The notes under the pieces were generated by a model. It had not been told where the DNA came from and did not search any database. It saw only the letters and a list, made by a program, of their open reading frames with translations. 64,000 bases of DNA from Trueperaceae bacterium (GTDB lineage Bacteria; Deinococcota; Deinococci; Deinococcales; Trueperaceae). The translations under genes and the position numbers were made by a program. This document shows, piece by piece, positions 8,335 through 17,932 of the stretch (position 1 is its first letter; the number at the start of each line of letters is the position of its first letter). The stretch spans positions 126,953-190,952 of the forward strand of contig JAXHLW010000012.1 of assembly GCA_034521815.1 (NCBI GenBank), read 5' to 3'.

Positions 8335-10149
8335 CTGGCGCTTTCCCTGAACGAAGCGCATCGTGCCGCCATCCTCGAAGACGCGCAAGATGCGCTGATG
8401 GTGACCGATGCAGACGGTGCGTTGCTATACATGACCGCCGCCGCCGCGCACCTCTACGGGTTCGAAGAACGAGAAGGGGCGCAGCTCGAGAGCCTCAACC
8501 TCCAGCGTTACGCGCTCGAAACCTTCGAGCTACGCACCCTTGCGGGCGATTCCGTGCCGGAGGACGAACAGCCCTTAGCGCGGGTCCTGCGGGGAGAGGC
8601 CTACCAGAACGTCGAGCTCCTCGTACGGCACCGGGAGAAGGACGAGACGCGGGTGTTCGTGTTCAGCGGGCGCACCGTGCACACCGATCCACCCATCGGT
8701 GTGCTGTGGATCCGCGACGAGACCGACCGCTGGAAGGCCGAGCGACGCTACCGCACGACGTTCGAAGCCGACCCGGCGCCCAACCTCATCGCGCGTCTCG
8801 AGGACGAGCAGATCCTCCAAGCCAATGCCGGCATGCTGGAGATGCTGGGCAGCGACAAGAGCGACATCGTCGGGACCCCCCTCTCGGAACTCAAGCTGTA
8901 TTCGAGAGACGACGGCTTGACGACGAGCCTCGACGCGCTCCGCGCTGGCGAGCGGATCCACAAGCGGAAGGCGACGCTCCGACCCTCTTCGGGCGGTGGG
9001 GAGCCCACGGACGTCCTGGTCTCCGCACGCGCCATCGAGATCGACGGCGAGCCCTGCGGCCTCTTCACGTTCATCGACGTGACGGAGCTCGAACGCAGCC
9101 AACGACAGAATGTCGAGCTCTTCGCACGAGAGACGGAAGCCCGCAAGAAGGCGGAAGCCGGTCGGGCGCGGCTGGAATCCGTCCTCGAGCAAGCTCCCGC
9201 GCTCATGGCCACCCTCGAAGGCCCCGAGCACGTCTTCACGACCGCCAACCATGAATATCGCGCGTTCTTCGCCGGCCGAGAAATCGTCGGGCGGCGGGTG
9301 ATCGACCTGCTCCCCGAGATCGAGGCTCAAGGGATCATCGGAATCCTCGACGACGTGTACCGAACGGGCGAGTCCTTCTCCAGCAAGGAGCTGCCCATCG
9401 ACCTCGACCGGCACGGCATAGGGCACGTCGAGCGTCACTACTTCAACCTGGTGTACCAACCGCTGCGCGACGACGACGACCGCACCATCGGCGTCCTGGT
9501 CAATGCCGTCAACATCACCGAGCAGGTCGAGGCGAGAAAGCGTGCGGAGTCGATGCGTGCCGAGATGGAAGCCGCCTATGAACACACCATCGAGGGGTGG
9601 GCCAGGGCGTTGGACCTGCGCGACGAAGACACGGCGGGTCACAGCCAACGGGTGACGGACATGACGGTGGCCCTGGCCAGGCAGTTCGGAATCTCGGGGG
9701 ACGCGCTGGAGGGCGTGCGCAGGGGCGCGCTGCTGCACGACATCGGCAAGATGGGCGTCCCGGACGCCATCCTGCTGAAGCCCGGCAAGCTCACGGCCGA
9801 CGAGTGGACCGTGATGAAGGGCCACACCGTGTACGGCCGTGACCTGCTGCAGCCGATCGCCTTTCTCGCGTCCGCGATCGATATTCCCTACTGTCACCAC
9901 GAAAGGTGGGATGGCACCGGCTACCCCAGGGGGCTTCGAGGAGAGGACATCCCGCTGGCCGCACGCGTCTTCGCGGTGGTGGACGTGTACGACGCGCTCA
10001 TGTCCAACCGCCCCTACCGCGACGCATGGCCCCGCGACCAGGTACTGGAGCACCTGCGAGAAGGAGCGGGAAGCCACTTCGATCCGAGCATCGTCGAGGC
10101 GTTCCTGAACATGCCGAGCGGCCAAGCCGCCACCGCCACCACCGAATAG
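8335..10149 (+). CDS. Multi-PAS HD-GYP c-di-GMP phosphodiesterase (start uncertain)
   Basis: Three PAS-like segments, then RDEDTAGHSQRV, LHDIGK, HHERWDGTGYP; the ORF-track start at 8215 belongs to the marC remnant; TATACT at 8325-8330. Confidence 0.9.
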   Translation: MALSLNEAHRAAILEDAQDALMVTDADGALLYMTAAAAHLYGFEEREGAQLESLNLQRYALETFELRTLAGDSVPEDEQPLARVLRGEAYQNVELLVRHREKDETRVFVFSGRTVHTDPPIGVLWIRDETDRWKAERRYRTTFEADPAPNLIARLEDEQILQANAGMLEMLGSDKSDIVGTPLSELKLYSRDDGLTTSLDALRAGERIHKRKATLRPSSGGGEPTDVLVSARAIEIDGEPCGLFTFIDVTELERSQRQNVELFARETEARKKAEAGRARLESVLEQAPALMATLEGPEHVFTTANHEYRAFFAGREIVGRRVIDLLPEIEAQGIIGILDDVYRTGESFSSKELPIDLDRHGIGHVERHYFNLVYQPLRDDDDRTIGVLVNAVNITEQVEARKRAESMRAEMEAAYEHTIEGWARALDLRDEDTAGHSQRVTDMTVALARQFGISGDALEGVRRGALLHDIGKMGVPDAILLKPGKLTADEWTVMKGHTVYGRDLLQPIAFLASAIDIPYCHHERWDGTGYPRGLRGEDIPLAARVFAVVDVYDALMSNRPYRDAWPRDQVLEHLREGAGSHFDPSIVEAFLNMPSGQAATATTE

Positions 10150-10296
10150 CGGCCGTCCACCAGAACCTAGGGCGTGTGCCCACTCGCGTGGTTGGTCGGT
10201 GATGACGCCGAGATGGGCATCCGTCCCATCACGCGGTACGCTCTTCGCGACGGGATCGAGCTTCGCGACGGGATCGAGCCAGCAGGAAGTGGCGGC

Positions 10297-10890
10297 ATGG
10301 AGTTCGGAGCCAGCGTGTGGTCGGCAGCGACCGTGCTGCTGTTCGTGATGGACCCGTTCGGCAACGTGCCGACCGTGCTGGCGCTGCTGCGCGACGTCGA
10401 CCCGTCCAGGCGGCGACGCGTCATCGCCCGCGAGCTGCTGATCGCGCTGGGCGTGCTGATGGGGTTCCTGTTCGTGGGTCAGGCGATCCTGGACTTCCTG
10501 GGCTTGCAGCGCGAGTCGGTCACGATCGCGGGCGGGATCGTGCTGGGGATCATCGGCTTGCGGCTGATCTTTCCCCGTCCGGAAGGCCTCATGGGCCACC
10601 AGGCGGCGGGCGAGCCGTTCCTGGTGCCGCTGGCGATCCCGCTGATCGCCGGGCCGTCGGCGATGGCGACCGTGATCCTGATGGCGCGCAACGCGCCCGA
10701 TCAGGCGGGCAGCGCGGCCCTGGCGATCCTGCTGGCGTGGGGATTGACCGCAGCGGTGCTGCTGGCCGCGCCGTTCCTCTACCGGCTGCTGCGCGAGCGT
10801 GGCCTGCAGGCGGTGGCACGCCTGATGGGCATGCTGCTGATCATGATCGCGGTGCAGATGGTGCTGAACGGGCTCGATTCGGCGCTCTGA
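10297..10890 (+). CDS. marC: MarC-family integral membrane protein
   Basis: LFVMDPFGN, VPLAIPLIAGP and RLMGMLL motifs. Confidence 0.92.
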   Translation: MEFGASVWSAATVLLFVMDPFGNVPTVLALLRDVDPSRRRRVIARELLIALGVLMGFLFVGQAILDFLGLQRESVTIAGGIVLGIIGLRLIFPRPEGLMGHQAAGEPFLVPLAIPLIAGPSAMATVILMARNAPDQAGSAALAILLAWGLTAAVLLAAPFLYRLLRERGLQAVARLMGMLLIMIAVQMVLNGLDSAL

Positions 10891-10915
10891 GCGACCTGAA
10901 GCGTCCTCGCCGCAG

Positions 10916-12240
10916 CTAGTCGGCCTCGTACGCCCGCACGAATCCGCCTGCGCCGACGACGCCGACGGTGGCGCCCTCGATCGGGCCGCGGGAGGTCCCG
11001 ACGACGCGAAGACCGTGGCGCGCCAGGACCACGGCGTGCGCCCCGTCGAACGCGTCGCTGCCGAACTGGCTGGCCCAGCGCAGCTCGCCGCTCGGATCGA
11101 GGGCGATCAGGAAGGCGTCGGCGATGCCCCTCACCTCTCCCGCGACGTCGCCCTCCGTTCCGCCGACCACGAACGCGCCGCCGTCGTCGGCGACCGCGAG
11201 GCCGTAGCGCAGGTCGCGCCGGGTGGGCCCGAACGCGTAGCTCCAGCGCTCGGCGCCGGCCGGGTCGAACGCACGGACGAACGCCGGCTCGGCCCCGCGA
11301 TCGTCCTCGCTGGACGGTCCCGCGCCTGCCGCCAGCAGGCCGCCGTCCGGACCGAACGCCACGGCGTAGGCGTACTCGTGGAGCTCGCCCCCGAACTGGC
11401 TGGTGCCCACCGGCGCGCCCTCGGCGTCGTGGCGACGCACGAACCCGTCCCAGCCGCCGCCGGGCGCGCCGTCCAGCGAGCCGCGCGTCTGGCCCGCGAC
11501 GGCGATCTCGTCGCCGTCGCCGATCGCGACGTCGCGCAGGCGGTCGTCCTGAGGCGTTCCGAACTGCCGCCGCCAACGGTCGGCGCCGTCCGCGTCGAAC
11601 GCGACGAGGAACGCGTCCTCGCCCCCTGCCGAGGGACCGGCCAGGTCGCCGCCCGTCCAGCCGGCGACGACGACCGAGCCGTCCGACGTGAACGCGACGC
11701 CGCTCGCCACGTCGTCGGCCGGCGTCCCCAACGTCCGCTCCCAGAGCGTGACGCCCTGGTCGTCCAGGACGACGAGAAAGCCGTCGGTCTCGCCGGCGGA
11801 GGGACCGCCGAGTCCGCCGTCGGTCTGTCCGACCACGGCGACCTTGCCGTCCGGCCCCACCGCGATCGCTTCGGCGAAGTCGTCGTCGCCCGAGCCGAGC
11901 TGCCGCGCCCACGACGGCTCACCGCCTGGGCCGATCGCCTGGACGAAGACGTCGAAGCCTCCAGCCGCGGCGCCGTCCTCGATGACGCCCATGGTGTAGC
12001 CGGCCGCGAAGCTCGTGCCGTCGTCGCTCACGGCGATGCCGGCCGTGATGTCCGTCTCGGTGCTGCCGAACTGGTGCGTCCAGGCGACCGCGGGGAGCCT
12101 GCGGCGACGGTGGTCGAGAGGCACGTCACGGCCAGCGCGAACGTCAGCGCGAGCGTCGCGAGCGAGACCGGGGAACGTGCAGGGGCGGCAAGAGCGAAGG
12201 GCAGAGCGGCGCGCGGATCGGCGGGCGTCGTCGTTCGCAT
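10916..12240 (-). CDS. Secreted beta-propeller (SBBP-type repeat) protein with a frameshift near 12093
   Basis: Repeated W-x-x-QFG...D...VA..DG...V.G.T.G units; the signal peptide (ATG 12240, GGAGG-like RBS) is in a different frame from the repeats. Confidence 0.8.
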
Positions 12241-12355
12241 GGAGGACCTCCCGGACGGAGAACGGTAGGCGGTGGGTATCTTGGCGTACCGACCCGACCG
12301 TAGCAGCGACGGCCCACCGGTCGCGAGCGGTCGCCGACGTTCAGGTCGCCGTCGT

Positions 12356-13507
12356 TCAGGTCGCGCGCTCGGGTCGCGGGGTCGCCCGGCCCGGCTCGAG
12401 GATCTCGCGCGCCGACGCCCGCCCCTTCTCGGTGAGGATCAGGCGCTGGCCGTGACGCTCGATCACGCCGGCGTCCAGGCTGCGGGCCACCACCTCGCGC
12501 GCCTTGGCGTCGCGCCACGACAGGTGGGTGCCCAGCGCGCTCAGCACGTTCTCCTCGCCCGCGGCGGGGGTGCCCTCGTGCTGGTGCAGGTGCACGGCCA
12601 GCGCGCGGTTCTCGTTCGCCTCGCGCTGGCCGCGCCGCCGGAGCTCCTGCGCGACCAGGCCGTAGCGGGGTCCCAGCAGGAACGCGCCGGCCAGGAACGC
12701 GCCGGTCACGACCGCCATCATGCCGCCGATCGACACGTCCCACGCCACGGCGAGCAGGTAGCCGATCACGCTGGACGCCACGGCGATGCCCGACGCGTAC
12801 GCCAGGATGCGCCACAGCCGGTCGGTGAGCAGGTACGCCGCGGAGGGCGGAACGATGACGAACGCCAGGAACAGCACCACCCCGACGGCGTCGAACGCGG
12901 CGACGGCGGTGGCGCTGGTCAGTCCCAGCAGCAGGTAGCTCAGCGTCGCCGGCGCGAACCCCAGCGCCGCCCCCAGGCCGGCGTCGAAGGTCGTGAGCTT
13001 CAGCTCCTTGTAGAACGCGAGCACGAACGCGAGGTCCACCACGGCGACGACCGCCATCCACAGCAGCGCGTCCGGCACCTGCACGCCCAGAACCGTGACC
13101 ACGTCCAGCCAGACGAAGCCGATCTCGCCCAGCAGCACGGTGTGGGCGTCGATGTGAACGTCGCGCGCGTACACGTTCAGGAGCAGCACGCCGACCGAGA
13201 AAAGCACAGGAAACACGAGCCCGATGGCGGCGTCGCCCGCCATGCGCCGCGTCCGCGCCAACGCCTCGGTCGCGACCACGGTCAGCAGCCCCGTCAGGGC
13301 CGCCCCCACGATCTGGACCGGGCCGGAGCTCTGGCCGGTGAGCATCCAGACGATCACGATGCCGAACAGGATCGAGTGGCTGATCGCGTCGGCCAGCATC
13401 GCGTCGCCCCGCAGGATCAGGAAGGTGCCGAGGAGCGATCCGGCGACGCCGACCAGCGCGCCGGTCGTCACGATCGCGAACGGGATCGAGGTGAGGAGCT
13501 CGCTCAC
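12356..13507 (-). CDS. Mn/Zn/Fe ABC transporter permease (TroD/MntD-like) with a C-terminal soluble extension
   Basis: DAISHSILFG, FYKELKLTTFD, AFDAVGVVL; GTGA coupling. Confidence 0.9.
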   Translation of the reverse strand: MSELLTSIPFAIVTTGALVGVAGSLLGTFLILRGDAMLADAISHSILFGIVIVWMLTGQSSGPVQIVGAALTGLLTVVATEALARTRRMAGDAAIGLVFPVLFSVGVLLLNVYARDVHIDAHTVLLGEIGFVWLDVVTVLGVQVPDALLWMAVVAVVDLAFVLAFYKELKLTTFDAGLGAALGFAPATLSYLLLGLTSATAVAAFDAVGVVLFLAFVIVPPSAAYLLTDRLWRILAYASGIAVASSVIGYLLAVAWDVSIGGMMAVVTGAFLAGAFLLGPRYGLVAQELRRRGQREANENRALAVHLHQHEGTPAAGEENVLSALGTHLSWRDAKAREVVARSLDAGVIERHGQRLILTEKGRASAREILEPGRATPRPERAT

Positions 13508-14676
13508 CTGCGTCCCCCGTTCACGCCTTCGTTCTGGCCTTCGTCGTCTCGGCCTTCGTCGCCGGGAAGCCGGGACGCCTCCTCGCTGCCCGTCTCGGTC
13601 AGCACCCAGTGGACGCCCTCCTCGGGCCGGTGTTCGACGCGGCGCACCCAGCCACGCTGGTCCAGGTGGCGGAGCAGCCCGGCGGTGGACATCCCGAAGT
13701 AGGTGTCCAGCATGCCTTGCTCGGTGGCGTAGTCGGGATGGCCGTGCTCGGAGGCCAGCCGGTCCATCGTGGCCAGCACCTGCCGAGCCCGCAAGGCACG
13801 ACCGCTTCGCGCGCGTCGGATCGCCGCCGCGATCAGGCCCCTGTTCGGAGCGAACGCCAGCGAGATCGCCGTGATGACGGAGAGGCTCAGCACGATCAGC
13901 GGGCCGGTGGCCAGCCCGCGTCCGGTGGCGCTGATCAGGGCGCCGACCACGCCGCCTACCGCTCCGAACGTCGAGGCGAGGATCACCATCGTGCTCAGCC
14001 GCTCGGTCCACTGGCGCGCCGCGACGGCGGGGGCGACGATCATCGCCGACATCAGCACCACGCCCACCATCTGCAGGCCCAGCACCACGGCCAGCGCGAT
14101 CATCGCCGTCATGATCGCGTCCAGGGCGACGATCGGCAGGCCCAGCGAGGCGGCGAACAGCGGGTCGAACGTCGCCGCCTTGAGCTCCTTCCAGGTGGCC
14201 GCGACCAGGGCGATCGACACCACCGTGACGGCCCCCATGATCCATAGATCGCTGCGCAGGATGGCGGCCGCTTGACCGAACAGGAACGTCTCGAGCCCGG
14301 CCTGGCCGGCACCGGCGCGCCCTTGCACGAAGCTCAGCAGCACCACGCCGGCCGCGAAGTACACGCTCAGCGCCACGCCCAGCGACGCGTCGGTCTTGAG
14401 GCGACTGCGGCGAACGAGCAGCAGCATCGTCAGCGCGGCCAGGATGCCGGTCGCCAGGGCTCCGGCCAGGACGGCGCTCAGCGAGCGGCCGCCGGCGATC
14501 AGGAACCCCAGCGCGATCCCGGGAAGCGCGGCGTGCGAAAGCGTGTCGCCCAGCAGGCTCTGCTTGCGGAGCACCGCGAACGACCCCAGCGCGCCGCTGG
14601 TCACGCCCAGCAGAATCGCGCCCGCCGCGACGGTACGGAGCGTGTAGTCACCGAACAGGGCGATGGCGGTCTCCAT
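13504..14676 (-). CDS. Mn/Zn/Fe ABC transporter permease (TroC/MntC-like)
   Basis: LRKQSLLGDTLSHAALPG, FLFGQAA, LQMVGVVLMSAM. Confidence 0.92.
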   Translation of the reverse strand: METAIALFGDYTLRTVAAGAILLGVTSGALGSFAVLRKQSLLGDTLSHAALPGIALGFLIAGGRSLSAVLAGALATGILAALTMLLLVRRSRLKTDASLGVALSVYFAAGVVLLSFVQGRAGAGQAGLETFLFGQAAAILRSDLWIMGAVTVVSIALVAATWKELKAATFDPLFAASLGLPIVALDAIMTAMIALAVVLGLQMVGVVLMSAMIVAPAVAARQWTERLSTMVILASTFGAVGGVVGALISATGRGLATGPLIVLSLSVITAISLAFAPNRGLIAAAIRRARSGRALRARQVLATMDRLASEHGHPDYATEQGMLDTYFGMSTAGLLRHLDQRGWVRRVEHRPEEGVHWVLTETGSEEASRLPGDEGRDDEGQNEGVNGGRR

Positions 14677-14677
14677 C

Positions 14678-15445
14678 TCAGTCGGTCGCCCCCGGAACGC
14701 CGCTGCCCTCCAGCAGCGCGACCTGTCCGCCGTAGGTGGCGCGAAGGTTGCCTGCGGTGTAGACCTCCTCGACCGGCCCTTGGGCGATCGCCCGCACGTT
14801 CAGGAACATCATCCAGTCGAAGGTGGTGCGGACCGTCTGAAGGTCGTGATGCACCACCACGACCGTCTTTCCTTGGTCGCGCAGCTCCCTGAGCACGTCC
14901 ACGATGGCGCGCTCGGAGGTGGCGTCGACGCCCGCCATCGGCTCGTCCAGGAAGTACACGTCGGCGTCCTGCACCAGGGCGCGAGCCAGGAAGGTGCGCT
15001 GCTGCTGGCCGCCCGAGAGCTGCGCGATCTGTCGGTCGCGGTAGTCGCTCAGGCCGACCTGCTCCAACGCGGCGAGGGCGCGCGCCCGCTCGGCGCGGCC
15101 GGGGCGACGAAGCCAGCCCAGCCGTCCGTACAGGCCCATCTCGACGACGTCGGCGACGGTGGTGGGGAAGTCCCAGTCCACGCTGGTGCGTTGCGGCACG
15201 TACCCGACCCGGTGCCGCTGCTCGGCGTACGGCCGGCCGAACAGGGACACGTGGCCCGCGGTGGGCCGGATCAGGCCCAGGACCGCCTTGATCAGCGTGC
15301 TCTTGCCCGCTCCGTTGGGGCCGACGATGGCGGCCATCACGCCTGGTGGCACGTCGAGGTCCACGTCCCACAGCACCGGCTTGGCGTGGTACGCGACGGT
15401 GAGGTCCTCGACGTGGACCGCGAGGTCCGGCTCGTGCAGACTCAC
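14678..15445 (-). CDS. Metal ABC transporter ATP-binding protein (TroB/MntB-like)
   Basis: GPNGAGKST, LSGGQQQR, FLDEP, VHHDL; GTG start coupled to the binding-protein stop. Confidence 0.94.
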   Translation of the reverse strand: MSLHEPDLAVHVEDLTVAYHAKPVLWDVDLDVPPGVMAAIVGPNGAGKSTLIKAVLGLIRPTAGHVSLFGRPYAEQRHRVGYVPQRTSVDWDFPTTVADVVEMGLYGRLGWLRRPGRAERARALAALEQVGLSDYRDRQIAQLSGGQQQRTFLARALVQDADVYFLDEPMAGVDATSERAIVDVLRELRDQGKTVVVVHHDLQTVRTTFDWMMFLNVRAIAQGPVEEVYTAGNLRATYGGQVALLEGSGVPGATD

Positions 15446-16545
15446 GGAGCGGTTCTGTCCGCGATCCCGTAGCGGTCGGCCCAGGCGTGCAGCGCGCTCG
15501 GGAGGGGAGGCACCTCGCCGCCCAACGCGCCCACGATCGCGACGGTGTTGGCGTGCAGCATGCCGATGTACGTGCCTTCGGCGGTGCCCGGCTCGCCCAT
15601 GGCGTCGGAGTAGAGCGTGCCGCCCAGCTCGACCGACGCGCCCATGTCGGCGGTCGCGTCCAGGACCGCTTGGATCGTGCGCGGGTTGATCGTCGTCTCG
15701 ATGAAGACGGCGGGAACGCCGCTGCGGGCGATGGTCTCGGCGGTGCCGCGGATGTCGGCGATCGACGGCTCGGCGTCGGTGCTGACGCCCTGGATGCCGA
15801 CCACGTCGAGCCCGTAGGCGCGGCCGTAGTACGCGAACGCGTCGTGCGCCGTGACCAGCACGCGGTTCGCCTCGGGCACGGTCGCGACGGCCTCGTCGAT
15901 CCAGTCGTGGAGGGCGCCCAGCTCCGCGTCGTGCGCGGCGGCCCTCTCGCGCACGCCCTCCGCGCAGCCGGGCGCGAGCTCGGCCAGCGCCGCGGCGATC
16001 GGCTCCAGCGTTCCGGCCCACAGCGACACGTCCATCCAGACGTGGGGGTCGACGCCGTAGGCGCTGGAGACCCGGATCCGGCGCTCGGCGGGCACGCCCG
16101 CCTCGGACACCGCGAGCGTCGACGTCCGTTCGCCCAGGCGCTCCAGGACGTCGCCCAGCTGGCCTTCGAGCGTCAGGCCGCCGTAGAGGATCAGATCCGC
16201 GCGGCTCAGCTGGCGGACGTCGCCCGATGTGGCCTGGTACAGGTGCGGATCGACGCCGGGGCCCATCAGGGAGACGACGTCGGTGCAGGCGCCCCCGATG
16301 GTCGCAGCGGTGTCGCCGACCATGCCGACCGTGGCGACGACGCGAACGGGGGCGTCCACGGGACCGTCCTGAGCCAGCGCCGGACCGAACAGCGCGAGGC
16401 CGAACAGCGTCAGGCCGAACAGCGTCAGGCCGAACGGTGTGAGCTTGGACAGCGCTAGGCCGGCGAAAAGCGGGCGACGGGCGAGAAGGCGGGCGCGGCG
16501 TCGATTGCGCCTACCCTCGTGAGATTTTACGGCGTCCCTAAACAT
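15442..16545 (-). CDS. Metal ABC transporter substrate-binding protein (TroA/MntA-like)
   Basis: GPGVDPHLY, DPHVWMD, TAHDAFAY and LYSDAMG cluster A-I ligand motifs; the signal peptide contains 15-bp GLTLF repeats. Confidence 0.93.
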   Translation of the reverse strand: MFRDAVKSHEGRRNRRRARLLARRPLFAGLALSKLTPFGLTLFGLTLFGLALFGPALAQDGPVDAPVRVVATVGMVGDTAATIGGACTDVVSLMGPGVDPHLYQATSGDVRQLSRADLILYGGLTLEGQLGDVLERLGERTSTLAVSEAGVPAERRIRVSSAYGVDPHVWMDVSLWAGTLEPIAAALAELAPGCAEGVRERAAAHDAELGALHDWIDEAVATVPEANRVLVTAHDAFAYYGRAYGLDVVGIQGVSTDAEPSIADIRGTAETIARSGVPAVFIETTINPRTIQAVLDATADMGASVELGGTLYSDAMGEPGTAEGTYIGMLHANTVAIVGALGGEVPPLPSALHAWADRYGIADRTAP

Positions 16546-16580
16546 GCGATCACGGTAGTCCGGACGCTCGTGGCTGTCAA
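16525..16580 (-). promoter_or_regulatory. Sigma-A promoter TTGACA-N17-TACCGT-N6-ATG with a DtxR/MntR-like operator over the first codons
   Basis: TTGACA 16580-16575, TACCGT 16557-16552; imperfect palindrome TTTACGGCGTCCCTAAA at 16526-16542. Confidence 0.75.
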
Positions 16581-16638
16581 GCGCCGCCGCGGGAATCCAG
16601 GTCACCCATCAGGATCGCGACGCAAAGTACAGTCGGGC

Positions 16639-17340
16639 ATGACGACGACGGAGCGTCCCTGGTTCGTGACCGACAGCGGGTTCAGCCGTCGCCTGGACGA
16701 AGCGGATCGCAGCGTGTTCATGCGCGTCTGCCCGGAGCGACGCTACGCGAGAGACGAGCACATCTTCCGCGAGGGCGACCCCGCGACGTCGCTGCACGTC
16801 GTCGCCAAGGGCCGCATCAAGCTCACCCGCCTCACGCCCGACGGGCGCGAGCGGATCCTCGCCATCGTCGGACCGGACGACATGATCGGCGAGGCGTTCC
16901 TTCGCCCCGACGCCGAGTACCTCGCCGACGCCGTGGCGTTGGGCGACGACGTGGTCACCTGCCCGATGTCGCGTGGGCAGTTCCAGCAGCTCTCGCTGCA
17001 GGCGCCGACGTTCGTGCTGGCGTTCGCCGAGATCCTGGCGGGCAACCTGTTCCGCTGCCGCGATCAGCTCACCGGGGGGTACGCCCCGATCAAGGTGCGC
17101 GTCGCGCTCACGCTGCTCGACCAGGCCCGTCGCTTCGGGCACCCCGCGGCCGACGACGAGGACTGGCTGGAGCTCGAGACCGAGCTTCGTCACGAGGAGA
17201 TCGCCTCGATGATCGGGGCGACACGCGTCTCGGTGTCCACCTCCGTGGCCGACCTGCGCAACGACGGCCTGGTCGAGGGCACGCGGGGCCGCTACCGGCT
17301 CCACGCCCCGTCGATCGAGGCGCTCGAGCTCGAGCTCTGA
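16639..17340 (+). CDS. Crp/Fnr-family transcriptional regulator
   Basis: IFREGDPA...GPDDMIGE cNMP-like barrel; HTH HEEIASMIGATRVSVS; TACAGT-N5-ATG. Confidence 0.92.
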   Translation: MTTTERPWFVTDSGFSRRLDEADRSVFMRVCPERRYARDEHIFREGDPATSLHVVAKGRIKLTRLTPDGRERILAIVGPDDMIGEAFLRPDAEYLADAVALGDDVVTCPMSRGQFQQLSLQAPTFVLAFAEILAGNLFRCRDQLTGGYAPIKVRVALTLLDQARRFGHPAADDEDWLELETELRHEEIASMIGATRVSVSTSVADLRNDGLVEGTRGRYRLHAPSIEALELEL

Positions 17341-17446
17341 GCAGGGCCGCCTCGGCCCCGTGCTCGCGCAGGCCCGGTGGTCGGCGCGGTCGGCGTGATG
17401 GCCAGTTGACGGAACGACGCGACGTCCATCTCGCATCGTGGAAGCC

Positions 17447-17929
17447 ATGAACGCTTCTCGAACGACGATCCGATCGATGCCGACCGGGCTGCCGACCGGG
17501 CTTCGGACCTTGCTGCCGACACCGCTATCGGCCGTGCTGCTGGCGCTGGTCTTGGCCTTGCCCGCCGTCGGCTCGGCGCAGGCCGATCCGACGGACGCCA
17601 CCAGCACCGAGACGCGCGTCGAGGTTCCCGAACTGCCGTTCGACGACAACCCCGACCCCGATCAGTGCGGCATTCCGCAACCGCTGGGCGACGACGTGCG
17701 TGGCACGGTCGACGGGCGCTGGGAGGGCGAGACGCTGTTCCCTGACGTCCATCTGTACGACAGCCACCTGCGTAGCCGGGTCACCGGAACGATCCCGACC
17801 GGCACGCGCGTGACGGTCGAGATGTTCCAGAACAATCCGGTGCTGAACTACTGGTACGTCCGCTGGAACGGCCCTGGCGGCACGGTCGAGGGCTGGATCC
17901 CCGGGCCGTTCCTGACGGTCGAGCGCTGA
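17447..17929 (+). CDS. Hypothetical secreted protein with an SH3-like C-terminus
   Basis: Signal peptide LLALVLALPAVGSAQA; WYVRW...EGWIP resembles bacterial SH3. Confidence 0.6.
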   Translation: MNASRTTIRSMPTGLPTGLRTLLPTPLSAVLLALVLALPAVGSAQADPTDATSTETRVEVPELPFDDNPDPDQCGIPQPLGDDVRGTVDGRWEGETLFPDVHLYDSHLRSRVTGTIPTGTRVTVEMFQNNPVLNYWYVRWNGPGGTVEGWIPGPFLTVER

Positions 17930-17932
17930 GAG

